Source: Longimicrobiales bacterium
GTDB lineage: Bacteria; Gemmatimonadota; Gemmatimonadetes; Longimicrobiales; Gaopeijiaceae
DNA length: 64,000 nucleotides
Reading direction: 5' to 3'
Assembly: GCA_965249725.1 (NCBI GenBank)
Contig: CBDFMQ010000002.1
Span: 832,001-896,000, forward strand
Each line of letters opens with the position of its first letter. Positions within the stretch are counted from its first letter, which is position 1. A model generated the notes under the pieces. The model had not been told where the DNA came from, made no database searches, and saw nothing but the letters and a program-made list of their open reading frames with translations. Of the stretch, positions 21,039 through 31,497 are shown piece by piece. The translations under genes and the position numbers were made by a program.

Positions 21039-21242
21039 TTAAGCGAGTCTCGTCACATTCTCGGCGGCGGGACCCTTCGGACCCTCACCCATCTCGAACT
21101 CTACCCGATCGCCCTCGGACAGGCTCTTGAAGCCCTCGCCCTGGATCGCGGAGTAGTGTACGCAATCACGGTCGCCCTCGTCGGGGGTGATGAATCCGAA
21201 CCCCTTACTGTCGTTGAACCACTTAACGATTCCCTCGGCCAT
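21039..21242 (-). CDS. cspA: Cold-shock protein
   Basis: [15 protein letters not shown] (RNP1), [16 protein letters not shown]. Confidence 0.92.
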   Translation of the reverse strand: MAEGIVKWFNDSKGFGFITPDEGDRDCVHYSAIQGEGFKSLSEGDRVEFEMGEGPKGPAAENVTRLA

Positions 21243-21317
21243 GCACCAACTCCCTCATCTGTCGTTCGATGGGCCTCGCACCTTGCGGGGGCCCAGTCCT
21301 CCTTCTAGGACGGCGCC

Positions 21318-21346
21318 ACTCTACCCGCTTTCGCGGTCTCGGTCAA
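21318..21346 (-). promoter_or_regulatory. Putative sigma-70 promoter of csp
   Basis: TTGACC-N17-TAGAGT on the - strand; GC hairpin at 21271-21294 in the leader. Confidence 0.55.
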
Positions 21347-21370
21347 GTTGCCGGACGGGAGGGTAGTGGG

Positions 21371-22435
21371 TCAGTTTGACCCACTACCGCCGGGAGGAAT
21401 AAGCGTTTCGATGGGAGCGTCGGAGCGCGGTTCGTGTCGGTGACTGAGAAAGCCGGCAGCTTCTCGTTCGGCCCAGAAGGATGGCCTCCACGGTAAGACG
21501 CCTTCCACGAACCCGACGTGTCCACCACTGTCGGTGACGATGAGCGTCAAATAGGGGTTGTCCGCGATGCTGTTCCATGGAATCGCCGCGGAGGGAAGGA
21601 AGGGATCGTTGAGCGAGTGGAGTAGCAGCGTCGGCGTGCGAATCTTCGATACGAATTCCTTAGAGCTGCATTGCCGGTAGTAGTCCTCCGCACCGACGAA
21701 GCCATGCAGAGGAGCCGTCACCGCGTCGTCGAAGGCACGAATTGTGGCCCTCTCGTTCACCCGACTTACATCGATCACGTTTTCTAGTAGGTCCCTTTTC
21801 GCGCGCACCTTGCTCATCAGCGAATTGACGAAGTACCGAGTGTAGAAACGGGCCATCAGGCCCTGTTCGAGGGCCATGGCCCCCGCGGAGAGGTCGTAGG
21901 GAACGGAAATGGCGACCGCAGCCGAGATGGGGTCATGGCCGGCGTCCGCCTGTTCGCCGAGCAGCTTGAGCAAGATGTTGCCGCCCAAGGAAAAACCGAC
22001 AGCCATGATCGGGCGGCCGGGGAACCGATCCCGCAGGAACTCCACCACCAGAGCCACATCCTCGGTTTCACCCGAGTGGTAGAACCGGGGTGTGCGGTTG
22101 ATCTCCCCCGAGCAGCCGCGGAAGTTGAGTGCGACCGGTCGCAGGCCTTGGCCGGCAAGGGCGCGGCACATCTGGAGTACATACCCTCTACGCGTGTGTC
22201 CCTCGAGGCCATGGAGCACGAGTACCACAGGAGCTGCGGGGTCGGTCTCGGGCATCCAGGCCAGGTCGAGGAAGTCGCCGTCCGGGGTGTCGATCCGTTC
22301 CGCCGTCATGCCGAGGTCCGGCTTGGTGCGAAGGAGCTTCCCGGCCAGGGTCTGAGGGTGGGCGCCCGGCAGCCACCACGGTTGCCGGAAGGGAGAAGGG
22401 GTCCACGTGTCCTGCCCGTGACGGACCGGAGTCAA
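21371..22435 (-). CDS. YheT-family alpha/beta hydrolase
   Basis: HGLEG, NFRGCSG, RFYHSGET, GFSLGG nucleophile, NDPF, GGHVGF. TTG start overlaps the tag stop. Confidence 0.88.
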   Translation of the reverse strand: MTPVRHGQDTWTPSPFRQPWWLPGAHPQTLAGKLLRTKPDLGMTAERIDTPDGDFLDLAWMPETDPAAPVVLVLHGLEGHTRRGYVLQMCRALAGQGLRPVALNFRGCSGEINRTPRFYHSGETEDVALVVEFLRDRFPGRPIMAVGFSLGGNILLKLLGEQADAGHDPISAAVAISVPYDLSAGAMALEQGLMARFYTRYFVNSLMSKVRAKRDLLENVIDVSRVNERATIRAFDDAVTAPLHGFVGAEDYYRQCSSKEFVSKIRTPTLLLHSLNDPFLPSAAIPWNSIADNPYLTLIVTDSGGHVGFVEGVLPWRPSFWAEREAAGFLSHRHEPRSDAPIETLIPPGGSGSN

Positions 22436-23004
22436 GGGGTCGGGATCCCAGATCGAGCCCAGGGTGGATCGAGCGCGAGGATCTTGATGTGAACGGGGCA
22501 GTTCGGATCGTGGGCGCCGGGCAAGTAGCCGGTGCTCATCAGAAACTCGCCGGTGATCTCGCCGCCCGTGAAGCGGAAGGTCTTCTTGAACAACCGGACC
22601 CAGTCCTCCTTGGGCTTCGGATGATGGCTGTCCAGCCACGCGGCGAAGGACCCGTGCAAGTTCTGGATTTCGAGAATCTGCCGGGCGTTGTGGATCGCCG
22701 CGTCGACCTTGAGGCGGTTCCGAATGATCCCGGGATCGGCGAGGAGTCGGGCCCGATCGCCTTCGCCGTAGTGAGCGACCGTAGCCACGGCAAAGTCGTC
22801 GTAGGCCTGCCGGAAGGTCTCCTTCTTCTTGAGGATCGTCAGCCAGGAGAGGCCCGCCTGGTTCATCTCCAGGACGAGCCGCCCGAAGAGCTTGTCGTCG
22901 TCGCGGATGGGAAAACCGTACTCCTCGTCGTGGTACGGTCCATGGAAGGGATGGCCTGCGGCGCCCTCGCAGTAGCCCGTCAGGGCGGGAGTGGTGTCGG
23001 TCAT
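22432..23004 (-). CDS. tag: DNA-3-methyladenine glycosylase I
   Basis: YHDEEYG, LEMNQAGLSWLTIL, GIIRNRLK, FRFTG. Confidence 0.92.
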   Translation of the reverse strand: MTDTTPALTGYCEGAAGHPFHGPYHDEEYGFPIRDDDKLFGRLVLEMNQAGLSWLTILKKKETFRQAYDDFAVATVAHYGEGDRARLLADPGIIRNRLKVDAAIHNARQILEIQNLHGSFAAWLDSHHPKPKEDWVRLFKKTFRFTGGEITGEFLMSTGYLPGAHDPNCPVHIKILALDPPWARSGIPTP

Positions 23005-23129
23005 TCGGAGAATCTAACGAGGCCGATCTCGAAGCGGCACGCGCAAGGGTTCGGGCCGTGGCCCTTTCAGGTACGCACCATCCCGACGAAGTTGACCGTT
23101 CGCGCCAGACCACCAAGAACCGTCTCGTC

Positions 23130-25733
23130 ATGAAACCCACCCCGTACCTCAGCCTGCTCCTTACCGGATTGGTGACCCCTGTTCTATCCGGTTGTGACGA
23201 CGCCGGCTCCGCCGTTCTCACGGAGCTGGGGATCTCCTGGGAGTTGGCGGAGCTCCGCTCAGCCACGCTCTCCGACGTCCGATACGATTATGAACTGCGG
23301 GTCCCAAAGGACGCCGCGTCGGCCTTGGAGGGGTCGGTGGTGGTCGACTTCGCGTGGAGTGACCCCGGGCGGACAGACGTCATCCTGGACTTCAAGGACC
23401 CCGGCGCCCGAGTGATCGCCGTTCGCGCCAACGGAAGTCCCGTGGACTGGAGGGCGGTGAACGATCACGTGGTCGTCGGTACGGAGGCCCTCGATGCGGA
23501 TTCACGAAATCGCATCGACATCGACTTCGTTGCCGGAGACGAGGCGCTCAACCGGAATCAGGGCTTCCTATATACGCTGTTCGTGCCCGACCGGGCGCAC
23601 TTCTCACTCCCGCTCTTCGATCAGCCGAACCTGAAGGGTCGGTTCACCCTCGCCCTCCACGTTCCCGAGGGTTGGGTCGCCGTGGCCAATGGGGAAGAGG
23701 TGTCCCGAACCGAGACGGCTGCGGGGGAGGGGGGCGCCCTCTACCACTTCGCCGAGACGGAGCCCATTCCGACCTATCTGTTCGCCTTTGCAGTCGGTGA
23801 CTTTCAGATCGAGACGGCAGAACGGGCCGGCCGTACCATGAGGATGTTCCACAGGGAGACGGACGACGAGAAGGTGACACGGAATCGCGAGGCCATCTTC
23901 GACCTGCATGGGGTCGCGTTGGATTGGCTCGAGGAGTACACGGGGATTCCGTATCCCTTCGGCAAGTTCGACTTCGTGCTTATTCCCCCGTTTCAGTACG
24001 GCGGCATGGAGCACCCCGGGTCGATCTTCTACCGCCAGGCGAGCCACATGCTGGACGAGTCGGCGACGCAGTCACAGTTCCTGGGCCGTGCCAGTGTGAT
24101 CGCCCACGAGACCGCCCATATGTGGTTCGGTGATTTGGTCACTATGAACTGGTTCGACGACGTCTGGACCAAAGAGGTGTTCGCCAACTTCATGGCGGCG
24201 AAGATCGTGCACCCGTCCTTCCCGGAAATCGATCACGACCTCCGCTTTTTTCTGGCCCACCACAACACGGCGTACGGCGTCGATCGGACGGACGGTGCCA
24301 ATCCCATTCGTCAGCCTCTGGAGAACCTGAGGGAGGCCGGGAGCCTGTATGGCGCGATCATCTACCAGAAGGCGCCGATCGTCATGCGACAGCTAGAGCT
24401 CCTGCTGGGTGAGGAGTTGTTCCGGGACGGCATGCGTGACTACCTCGACGCGTTTCGATACGGCAACGCGACCTGGCCCGATCTCATCGCGATTCTCGAT
24501 CGACGCTCGCATGCGGACCTGGCGGCCTGGACCCAGGTGTGGGTGGAGCAGCCTGGGCGACCCATCGTGGTCGCCGACATTCAGGAGGACGGCCAAGGCC
24601 GGGTCACAGGGCTCACGCTGGAGCAGCACGACCCCCAGGAACGCGATCGGGTCTGGCCGCAGAGACTCGAGGTGCTTCTGGCCTACGACGAGGAGACCCT
24701 GCGGGTACCGGTCGACCTAACCGGCCCCGCGGCTCCAGCGGGCGATTGGATCGGCCGCCCTCGCCCGCACTTCGTTCTCCCGAACGGTGCCGGCGTCGAG
24801 TATGGGCATTTCCATCTGGATTCCCTCAGCCTGGGATATCTCGTCGCCAACCTCCCGGGACTCGAGGATCCCATGATCAGAGGAATCGGGTGGGTGACGC
24901 TGTGGGACGCCGTCCTCGAAGGAGAGCTCGCCCCTACCGTCTGGATGGACCTGCTGCTGAGGGGGCTCGAGTCCGAGTCCGTCGAGCAGAATGTTCAGCG
25001 CATCCTGGGCTATGTGGGCACGGCCTTCTGGAGGCTGACGGGCACCGAGGAGCGACGGGAGTTGTCGTCGAGCCTGGAGGCCGCCTTGTGGGCGGGCATC
25101 GAAGGCACGGCTTCTCCGACGGTGGCCTCAGCTTACTTCAGAGCCTGGCGTGGCATCGTGATGTCCCCGGCGGGGGTCGACCGCCTGGAGCGAATCTGGG
25201 ACGAATCAGAGACGGTTCCAGGCGTGCCGTTATCCGAACCGGACTTCACGGCGCTTGCAGAGGCGCTTGCCGTGAGGGACGTACCCGATGTCGCGGGAAT
25301 CCTGGCGCGTCAGGCTGATCGCATCGAGAATCCCGACCGGAAGGCTCGCTTCGAGTTCATCCGTCCGGCGCTGTCCAGCGATCAAGGCGTCCGAGCGGCC
25401 TTCTTCGCAGACCTCAGTGATCCGACCAATCGCGAGCGTGAGCCGTGGGTGCGATCGGGGCTGGGGGCGCTGCACCACCCGCTTCGATCAGAACACTCGC
25501 GCCAGTTCATCCTCCCGAGCCTAGCCCTACTCGAGGAGATCCAGCGGACGGGTGACATCTTCTTTCCGAAGGGCTGGCTCGACTCCACCCTAGGCGGCCA
25601 CAACTCGCCGGAGGCCGCCGGCGTGGTCCGCGACTTCCTTGAAGGACTGGGACCCGAATATCCGGCGCGGCTACGTGGGAAGATCCTCCAGTCCGCGGAT
25701 ATGCTCTTCCGCGCGGCCGAGATCGCCCACTAG
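23130..25733 (+). CDS. M1 family aminopeptidase, lipoprotein
   Basis: GGMEH, HETAH...KE zinc motif, IIYQKA; lipobox LSGC. Confidence 0.9.
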   Translation: MKPTPYLSLLLTGLVTPVLSGCDDAGSAVLTELGISWELAELRSATLSDVRYDYELRVPKDAASALEGSVVVDFAWSDPGRTDVILDFKDPGARVIAVRANGSPVDWRAVNDHVVVGTEALDADSRNRIDIDFVAGDEALNRNQGFLYTLFVPDRAHFSLPLFDQPNLKGRFTLALHVPEGWVAVANGEEVSRTETAAGEGGALYHFAETEPIPTYLFAFAVGDFQIETAERAGRTMRMFHRETDDEKVTRNREAIFDLHGVALDWLEEYTGIPYPFGKFDFVLIPPFQYGGMEHPGSIFYRQASHMLDESATQSQFLGRASVIAHETAHMWFGDLVTMNWFDDVWTKEVFANFMAAKIVHPSFPEIDHDLRFFLAHHNTAYGVDRTDGANPIRQPLENLREAGSLYGAIIYQKAPIVMRQLELLLGEELFRDGMRDYLDAFRYGNATWPDLIAILDRRSHADLAAWTQVWVEQPGRPIVVADIQEDGQGRVTGLTLEQHDPQERDRVWPQRLEVLLAYDEETLRVPVDLTGPAAPAGDWIGRPRPHFVLPNGAGVEYGHFHLDSLSLGYLVANLPGLEDPMIRGIGWVTLWDAVLEGELAPTVWMDLLLRGLESESVEQNVQRILGYVGTAFWRLTGTEERRELSSSLEAALWAGIEGTASPTVASAYFRAWRGIVMSPAGVDRLERIWDESETVPGVPLSEPDFTALAEALAVRDVPDVAGILARQADRIENPDRKARFEFIRPALSSDQGVRAAFFADLSDPTNREREPWVRSGLGALHHPLRSEHSRQFILPSLALLEEIQRTGDIFFPKGWLDSTLGGHNSPEAAGVVRDFLEGLGPEYPARLRGKILQSADMLFRAAEIAH

Positions 25734-25749
25734 GGACTCGTACTCCGGC

Positions 25750-26304
25750 CTAAAGTTTTGGCAGCGTGACCCCGACCTGATCCTGGTACTTCCCGTTCCG
25801 GTCTGCGTAGGCCACGGCAGGCTCCTCGTCACCCTCGAAGAAGAGGAGTTGGGCGATGCCCTCGCCGCCGTAGATCTTGGCCGGGAGTGGTGTGGTGTTC
25901 GAGATCTCCAGGGTCAGATATCCACACCAGGTGGGCTCCAGCGGAGTCACGTTCACGATGATGCCGCACCGAGCGTAGGTGCTCTTGCCGACACACACCA
26001 CGAGGACGTCCCGCGGAATCCGGAAGTACTCCTCGGTGCGGGCGAGCGCGAACGAGTTCGGTGGAATGATGCACTCTGCTTCGTTCACGTCGACGAAGGA
26101 GCGGTCATCGAAGTTCTTCGGATCGACGATGACGTTGTGCACGTTGGTGAAGACCTTGAATTCGGGGGCGACCCGGATGTCGTAACCGTAGGAGGAGAGG
26201 CCATACGAGATGTTGCCGTCCTTTACCTGAGCGGCTTCGAAGGGCTCGATCATGCCGTGTCCCTCGGCCATCCTACGGATCCAGTTGTCGCTCTTGATTG
26301 GCAT
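25750..26304 (-). CDS. dcd: dCTP deaminase
   Basis: [28 protein letters not shown]. Confidence 0.95.
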   Translation of the reverse strand: MPIKSDNWIRRMAEGHGMIEPFEAAQVKDGNISYGLSSYGYDIRVAPEFKVFTNVHNVIVDPKNFDDRSFVDVNEAECIIPPNSFALARTEEYFRIPRDVLVVCVGKSTYARCGIIVNVTPLEPTWCGYLTLEISNTTPLPAKIYGGEGIAQLLFFEGDEEPAVAYADRNGKYQDQVGVTLPKL

Positions 26305-26461
26305 GTCGGTGTGACTCGGGGTGGTGTGAGTGAGGCAGCTGTCGCGAGAACGATGGCTCAGAGGGGGAGAAGATACCCCTCTTGGCAAGGGGGTGGACGC
26401 TCAAAATACGACGGCATGGGACGGTACTGCAAACCGGGCTCTTTTGGGTACGGAACGCGGG

Positions 26462-26521
26462 TTGACACCCCTTCGAGCCTTGGAATACCTTTCGGCGTCC
26501 TACAAGTGAACGATTTCACAA
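26462..26521 (+). promoter_or_regulatory. nuo promoter with Rex-like operator
   Basis: TTGACA (26462-26467)-N18-TACCTT; AAGTGAA-CGAT-TTCACAA at 26504-26521 versus the Rex consensus TTGTGAA-N4-TTCACAA. Confidence 0.65.
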
Positions 26522-26540
26522 GCGACCCCACAAGGCTGCC

Positions 26541-26897
26541 ATGTCGGGATCATACATCCCGCTTTTGATCCTTTTCGGCGTGTCGGTCATCAACGCGCTT
26601 GGAATGGGCATCGCCTCCCACATTCTCAACCCCAGGCGACCCACTCCTCACAAGGATATGCCCTACGAGTCGGGCATGATTCCCCTGGGTGATGCGCGCG
26701 CCCGCTTCTCGGTGAAGTTCTACCTGGTGGCCATCAGCTTCATCGTTTTCGATCTGGAGACGATCTTTCTCATCCCTTGGGCCGTTGAAATGCGGGAGCT
26801 CGGCTGGGGCGCATTCGTTGCAGTCAGCATGTTCGTGGCAGTGCTTGCCATGGGACTCATCTACGAGTGGAAAAAGGGAGGACTGGAATGGGACTGA
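26541..26897 (+). CDS. nuoA: NADH-quinone oxidoreductase subunit A
   Basis: [29 protein letters not shown]. Confidence 0.95.
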   Translation: MSGSYIPLLILFGVSVINALGMGIASHILNPRRPTPHKDMPYESGMIPLGDARARFSVKFYLVAISFIVFDLETIFLIPWAVEMRELGWGAFVAVSMFVAVLAMGLIYEWKKGGLEWD

Positions 26898-27604
26898 GCG
26901 ACGGCGATTCGCGCGATCCGAACGTGGCGGACGCACAGGCGTTGGGGCAATCGGGTGGCGACAAGGCGGGCCTGATGGGTGCCGGCGGCCCGACCTTTCT
27001 GACCACCAAGGTCGACTTCGTGGTGAACTGGGCGCGGCGGAATTCGCTGTGGCCCATGCCGTTCGGCACGGCTTGTTGCGCCATCGAGATGATGGCGTCG
27101 GCTGCTTCCGACTTCGACCTCGCGCGCTTCGGTATGGAGCGCATGTCGTTCAGCCCTCGTCAGGCCGACGTGCTGATCTGTGCCGGCCGAGTGCCCTACA
27201 AGCTGGCCCCGGTCCTTCGACGGATCTATGACCAGATGATGCAGCCCAAGTGGGTCGTCTCGATGGGTGCATGCGCGAGTTCGGGTGGGGTGTTCGACAC
27301 CTACTCCATGGTGCAGGGAATCGACACCATCATTCCCGTCGACGTCTACGTGCCTGGATGTCCGCCTCGGCCCGAGGGACTCATCTACGGACTCATGATG
27401 ATCCAGGAGAAGATCCGGGGTGAGAGCATCACTCGGCATCATGAGCTCCGGGCGGAGGATCCCGCGCTGGTCGGTCTCCCGAAGGCGAGCGGTGAAGAGG
27501 TCGCTGCTCTCTCGGGCCCGTTCGGCAATTCCACCCAACAGGACCGCCTCGCAGGCCTCGCTCAGACCAAGCGTCCGAGCCGGTCCGAGGATCTGATTCC
27601 TTAG
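26888..27604 (+). CDS. nuoB: NADH-quinone oxidoreductase subunit B
   Basis: [28 protein letters not shown]. Confidence 0.95.
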   Translation: MGLSDGDSRDPNVADAQALGQSGGDKAGLMGAGGPTFLTTKVDFVVNWARRNSLWPMPFGTACCAIEMMASAASDFDLARFGMERMSFSPRQADVLICAGRVPYKLAPVLRRIYDQMMQPKWVVSMGACASSGGVFDTYSMVQGIDTIIPVDVYVPGCPPRPEGLIYGLMMIQEKIRGESITRHHELRAEDPALVGLPKASGEEVAALSGPFGNSTQQDRLAGLAQTKRPSRSEDLIP

Positions 27605-27614
27605 GCGGCCCGGC

Positions 27615-28316
27615 ATGGCAGAAGACAACGGTTCTGCGTTCGATGCGGTGGAGCAGGGGCCTGAGGCCTCGGACGCTCCTACCGAGGCTCCCAAGGGGAC
27701 CGCGGAACACGGCCTCGACCACCCGTCCGTCGTCGCTCTGAAAGACGAGTTCGGTGGGGCGGTCCTCCATCACGAGGTGCAGGCCGGCGACCAGCATGTG
27801 GTGTTCATCGAACCCACTCGCAACGCCGAGGTTCTCGGCTGGCTGCAAGAGACGGAGGACCAGGCATACGATCTGTTGGTGGACGTCACCGCCGTCGACT
27901 ACGGTGAAGGGCGTCCCATCCAGGTGGTCTACCAGCTCTGGTCGGTGACGCACCGGCGCGCGCTGCGGATCAAGTGCGAACTCGAGCTCGAGGCATTGAC
28001 CATCGAGAGTGCGGTGTCGATCTGGAACTCGGCCAACTGGCTCGAGCGTGAGGTCTTTGATCTGTTCGGAGTCGAGTTCACCGGACATCCCGATCTTCGT
28101 CGGATCTTGATGCCACAGAACTACGCCGAGGGATACCCTCTGAGGAAGGATTTCCCACTCAGGGGACGCTTCTCACGGGCTGAACAGACGAAGCGCGCCC
28201 TGTCTCAGGACTATCACGACTACTACACGCCTGAAGTGCTCGAGATGGGCGGCGATCCGGGACTCCTTCCTCCGGAGCCCGACGAGCCGGACAAGGACAT
28301 CGAGGAGGCCTCGTGA
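27615..28316 (+). CDS. nuoC: NADH-quinone oxidoreductase subunit C
   Basis: ANWLEREVFDLFG, HPDLRRIL, PLRKDFPL. Confidence 0.95.
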   Translation: MAEDNGSAFDAVEQGPEASDAPTEAPKGTAEHGLDHPSVVALKDEFGGAVLHHEVQAGDQHVVFIEPTRNAEVLGWLQETEDQAYDLLVDVTAVDYGEGRPIQVVYQLWSVTHRRALRIKCELELEALTIESAVSIWNSANWLEREVFDLFGVEFTGHPDLRRILMPQNYAEGYPLRKDFPLRGRFSRAEQTKRALSQDYHDYYTPEVLEMGGDPGLLPPEPDEPDKDIEEAS

Positions 28317-29512
28317 CCGACATTGCGGCCGTGGAGCCCGTTCTCGGCTCCGAGCACATGCTCATCAACCTCGGGCCGCAGCACCCCGCCACGCACGGAG
28401 TACTCCGCCTGATTTGCGAGCTCGACGGTGAGACCGTGATCAAGGTCATGCCCGACATCGGCTTTCTGCACTCGTCCTTCGAGAAGCTCGGGGAGTACCG
28501 GACGTGGAACCAGATCGTCCCCCTGACCGATCGCATGGACTACCTGGCGCCGCTCATCTACAACTGCGTCTACGTGATGGCCGTCGAGAAGCTCATGGGG
28601 CTCGAGGTTACCGAGCGGTGCAAGGTCGTCCGAGTGATCTGCATGGAGTTGGATCGGATCTTCAGTCACCTGCTGTGGCTCGGGACCACCGCCATCGATG
28701 TCGGAGCGTTCACTCCGTTCCTTTACGCTTTCCAGGAACGTGAACGCATCTACAAGATGCACGAGTCGTTTACGGGAGCGCGCATCACGACGTCGGCGAC
28801 GCGAATCGGTGGCATGATGGCCGATCTTCCCGACGGGTGGACCGAGACGCTAAAGGATTTCCTGAACACGTTCCCGGACACCCTGGACGAAATCGACTCG
28901 CTTCTCACGACCAACGGGATTCACCTCGGCCGCACACTCGACGTGGGCGTCATCTCTGCCGAGGACGCGATCAACTACGGCTTCACGGGTCCCAATCTGC
29001 GGGCCTCGGGTCCGACCTACGATATCCGGAAGGATCAGCCGTACTACGACTACGAGACCTACGACTTCGAGGTGCCCGTAGGAGAGAACGGTGACTGCTA
29101 CGACCGCTATCTGGTTCGCATGGAAGAGATGCGCCAGAGCATGAAGATCCTCCACCAGGCCCTGGATCGACTTCCCGACGGCCCGATCAACGTGGACGAC
29201 CCTCGGGTGTCTCTACCCAGCAAGACCGACTGCATGAGCGACATGGAGTCGATGATCCACCACTTCAAGCTGATCACGGAAGGCATCGCTGTGCCTGCGG
29301 GCGACTGCTACTTCGCGGTGGAAGGCTCCAAGGGCGAGCTGGGCATGTACGTGGTAAGCGACGGTGGCGAGAAGCCGGTGCGGTGGAGGATTCGACCGCC
29401 GTCCTTCGTCAATCTCTCGGTGATCTCCAAGTTGGCCGAGGGCCACTTGATCGCCGACCTGATCATGATCAACGCCAGCCTGGACATCGTTCTGGGCGAG
29501 ATCGACCGATGA
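28313..29512 (+). CDS. nuoD: NADH-quinone oxidoreductase subunit D
   Basis: NLGPQHPATHGVLRL, DRMDY, LGEIDR. Confidence 0.95.
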   Translation: MTDIAAVEPVLGSEHMLINLGPQHPATHGVLRLICELDGETVIKVMPDIGFLHSSFEKLGEYRTWNQIVPLTDRMDYLAPLIYNCVYVMAVEKLMGLEVTERCKVVRVICMELDRIFSHLLWLGTTAIDVGAFTPFLYAFQERERIYKMHESFTGARITTSATRIGGMMADLPDGWTETLKDFLNTFPDTLDEIDSLLTTNGIHLGRTLDVGVISAEDAINYGFTGPNLRASGPTYDIRKDQPYYDYETYDFEVPVGENGDCYDRYLVRMEEMRQSMKILHQALDRLPDGPINVDDPRVSLPSKTDCMSDMESMIHHFKLITEGIAVPAGDCYFAVEGSKGELGMYVVSDGGEKPVRWRIRPPSFVNLSVISKLAEGHLIADLIMINASLDIVLGEIDR

Positions 29513-30198
29513 GCGATATCCCGTTCAAGAATGCCGGCTGGGCCGGCAACACCGGTGAGTACGATCTCACCGAGGAGCAGGTTCGGGGGCTCGACTTCGT
29601 CGGCGTGCGTCCGCTGGAGGGCGGTCATGCAGCCGGCGCGTCGAGCTATCCCTACATGCTCGAAGAGAAGCACCCCGACGCGCCCCTCTTCGAGGGTCCG
29701 TATCAGGAGCGTTTCGAGAAAATCCTGACGCGCTATCCGGATCGGCAGGCGGCCCTGCTGCCCGCCCTCAATCTCGCCCAAGAGGTTCGAGGGCACGTGT
29801 CTCCGGAGACGATGGATCGGGTGGCGGAGCTGCTCGATTTGTCGGCGGCCTACGTCCGGGGCGTCGCCACGTTCTACACCATGTACAACAAGCGGCCCGT
29901 GGGGCGGTACCTCATCCAGGTCTGCACGAACATCAGCTGCAATCTGTGTGGTGGTGAGGACGTGTTGGGGGCGTTTCTGAAGTACACCGACACCGAGTTG
30001 GGGGAGACGTCTCCGGACGGGGACTTTACGACTATCGAGGCGGAATGTCTGGCGGGGTGCGGTTTCCCGACCTGTGTCCAGATCAATTCCAGGTACTTCG
30101 AGAACGTGACCCCCGCCGACGTACCCAAGATTCTCGAGGCGTTGAGGAGTGAGAACGGCGGTGGCCCGTCCTCCGGATCCGAGGGAGGGGGAGACTAG
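29509..30198 (+). CDS. nuoE: NADH-quinone oxidoreductase subunit E, with N-terminal extension
   Basis: VATFYTMY, CTNISC, ECLAGC. Confidence 0.93.
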   Translation: MSDIPFKNAGWAGNTGEYDLTEEQVRGLDFVGVRPLEGGHAAGASSYPYMLEEKHPDAPLFEGPYQERFEKILTRYPDRQAALLPALNLAQEVRGHVSPETMDRVAELLDLSAAYVRGVATFYTMYNKRPVGRYLIQVCTNISCNLCGGEDVLGAFLKYTDTELGETSPDGDFTTIEAECLAGCGFPTCVQINSRYFENVTPADVPKILEALRSENGGGPSSGSEGGGD

Positions 30199-30200
30199 GT

Positions 30201-31493
30201 ATGGGCTATCCCTATAGTCACGAGAAGGAAGTCCAGATTCTCTCCAAGTACTTCGGTGATCCGGAGGCTCGCACCCTTGAGGGCTGGAAGGCACGGGGTG
30301 GATACGAGTCGTTGAAGAAGGCTCTGGACATGACGCCCGAGGAGGTCATTGAGACCGTAAAGGCCTCGGGCCTGCGAGGCCGGGGTGGGGCGGGATTTCC
30401 GACGGGGCTGAAGTGGAGTTTCATGCCCAAGGACAAATCCAAGTCCCACTACCTGCTGTGCAACGCCGACGAGTCGGAGCCCGGCACGTTCAAGGATCGC
30501 GAGTTGCTTCGCTGGGTCCCTCACCAACTCATTGAGGGATGTGCCATCGCGGCTTACGGGATGGGCGCGGAGCACACCTATATCTACTGCCGTGGCGAGT
30601 TCTTCGAGGCCACTCAGGTTCTCGCCCGTGCCGTGGAAGACGCTTATGAGGCCGGGATCCTGGGCGAGGACGCGATGGGCTCCGGTCAGATTATCGATCT
30701 GACGGTGCATGTCGGGGCCGGAGCCTACATCTGTGGGGAAGAGACCGGCCTCATGAGCTCCTTGGAGGGTCGTCGGGGCCTGCCGCGAGTGAAGCCGCCC
30801 TTCCCGGCGGCCGTCGGTGCGTTCGGCATGCCCACGACCATCAACAACGTCGAGACCCTGTGTGCCATTCCGCCCATCGTGGAACACGGTGGGGAGTGGT
30901 ACAAGCAGTGGGGCACCGAGCAGAGTCCCGGCACCAAGTTGTTCTGCGTGAGCGGCCACGTGAATCGGCCGGGCAACTATGAGCTTCCGCTGGGCTTTCC
31001 GCTGAAGGAGTTGATCTACGACGTCTGCGGTGGGATCCCCGAGGGCCGCGCCCTCAAGGCCGTGATCCCCGGAGGCAGTTCGGTGCCTCTCCTGTCGGCT
31101 GAGGAATGCGAGACATGTGAACTCTCTTACGAGGGTGTGGAAGAGGCCGGTTCCATGCTGGGTTGCGCCTCGGTCATCGTGATGGACGAGACGACCGACG
31201 TGGTGCACCAGGTCATGCGGATGGCGTCGTTCTACGCACACGAGTCCTGCGGACAGTGTACGCCCTGCCGAGAGGGGACCACCTGGGTCACCAAGATCCT
31301 TCTCCGCATCGAAGACGGACGCGGCACCGAAGAGGATCTGGATACGCTCATCGAGCTGACGGACCAGATGACCGGTACGACCATCTGTGTGCTTTCGGAT
31401 TCGGTGGCGGCCCCCGTTCAGTCTTCCATCGCGAAGTTCAAGGACGAGTACCTGGCGTTGATCCGCCGAGGTGAGCGGGTGGGGGCCGCGTAG
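30201..31493 (+). CDS. nuoF: NADH-quinone oxidoreductase subunit F
   Basis: GLRGRGGAGFPTG, NADESEPG, ESCGQCTPCREG. Confidence 0.95.
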   Translation: MGYPYSHEKEVQILSKYFGDPEARTLEGWKARGGYESLKKALDMTPEEVIETVKASGLRGRGGAGFPTGLKWSFMPKDKSKSHYLLCNADESEPGTFKDRELLRWVPHQLIEGCAIAAYGMGAEHTYIYCRGEFFEATQVLARAVEDAYEAGILGEDAMGSGQIIDLTVHVGAGAYICGEETGLMSSLEGRRGLPRVKPPFPAAVGAFGMPTTINNVETLCAIPPIVEHGGEWYKQWGTEQSPGTKLFCVSGHVNRPGNYELPLGFPLKELIYDVCGGIPEGRALKAVIPGGSSVPLLSAEECETCELSYEGVEEAGSMLGCASVIVMDETTDVVHQVMRMASFYAHESCGQCTPCREGTTWVTKILLRIEDGRGTEEDLDTLIELTDQMTGTTICVLSDSVAAPVQSSIAKFKDEYLALIRRGERVGAA

Positions 31494-31497
31494 CGCC

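Noticed and set aside
21371..23266. 631-aa ORF as one protein
   Set aside because: The upstream 277 codons overlap tag in another frame; only 21371-22435 has hydrolase motifs.
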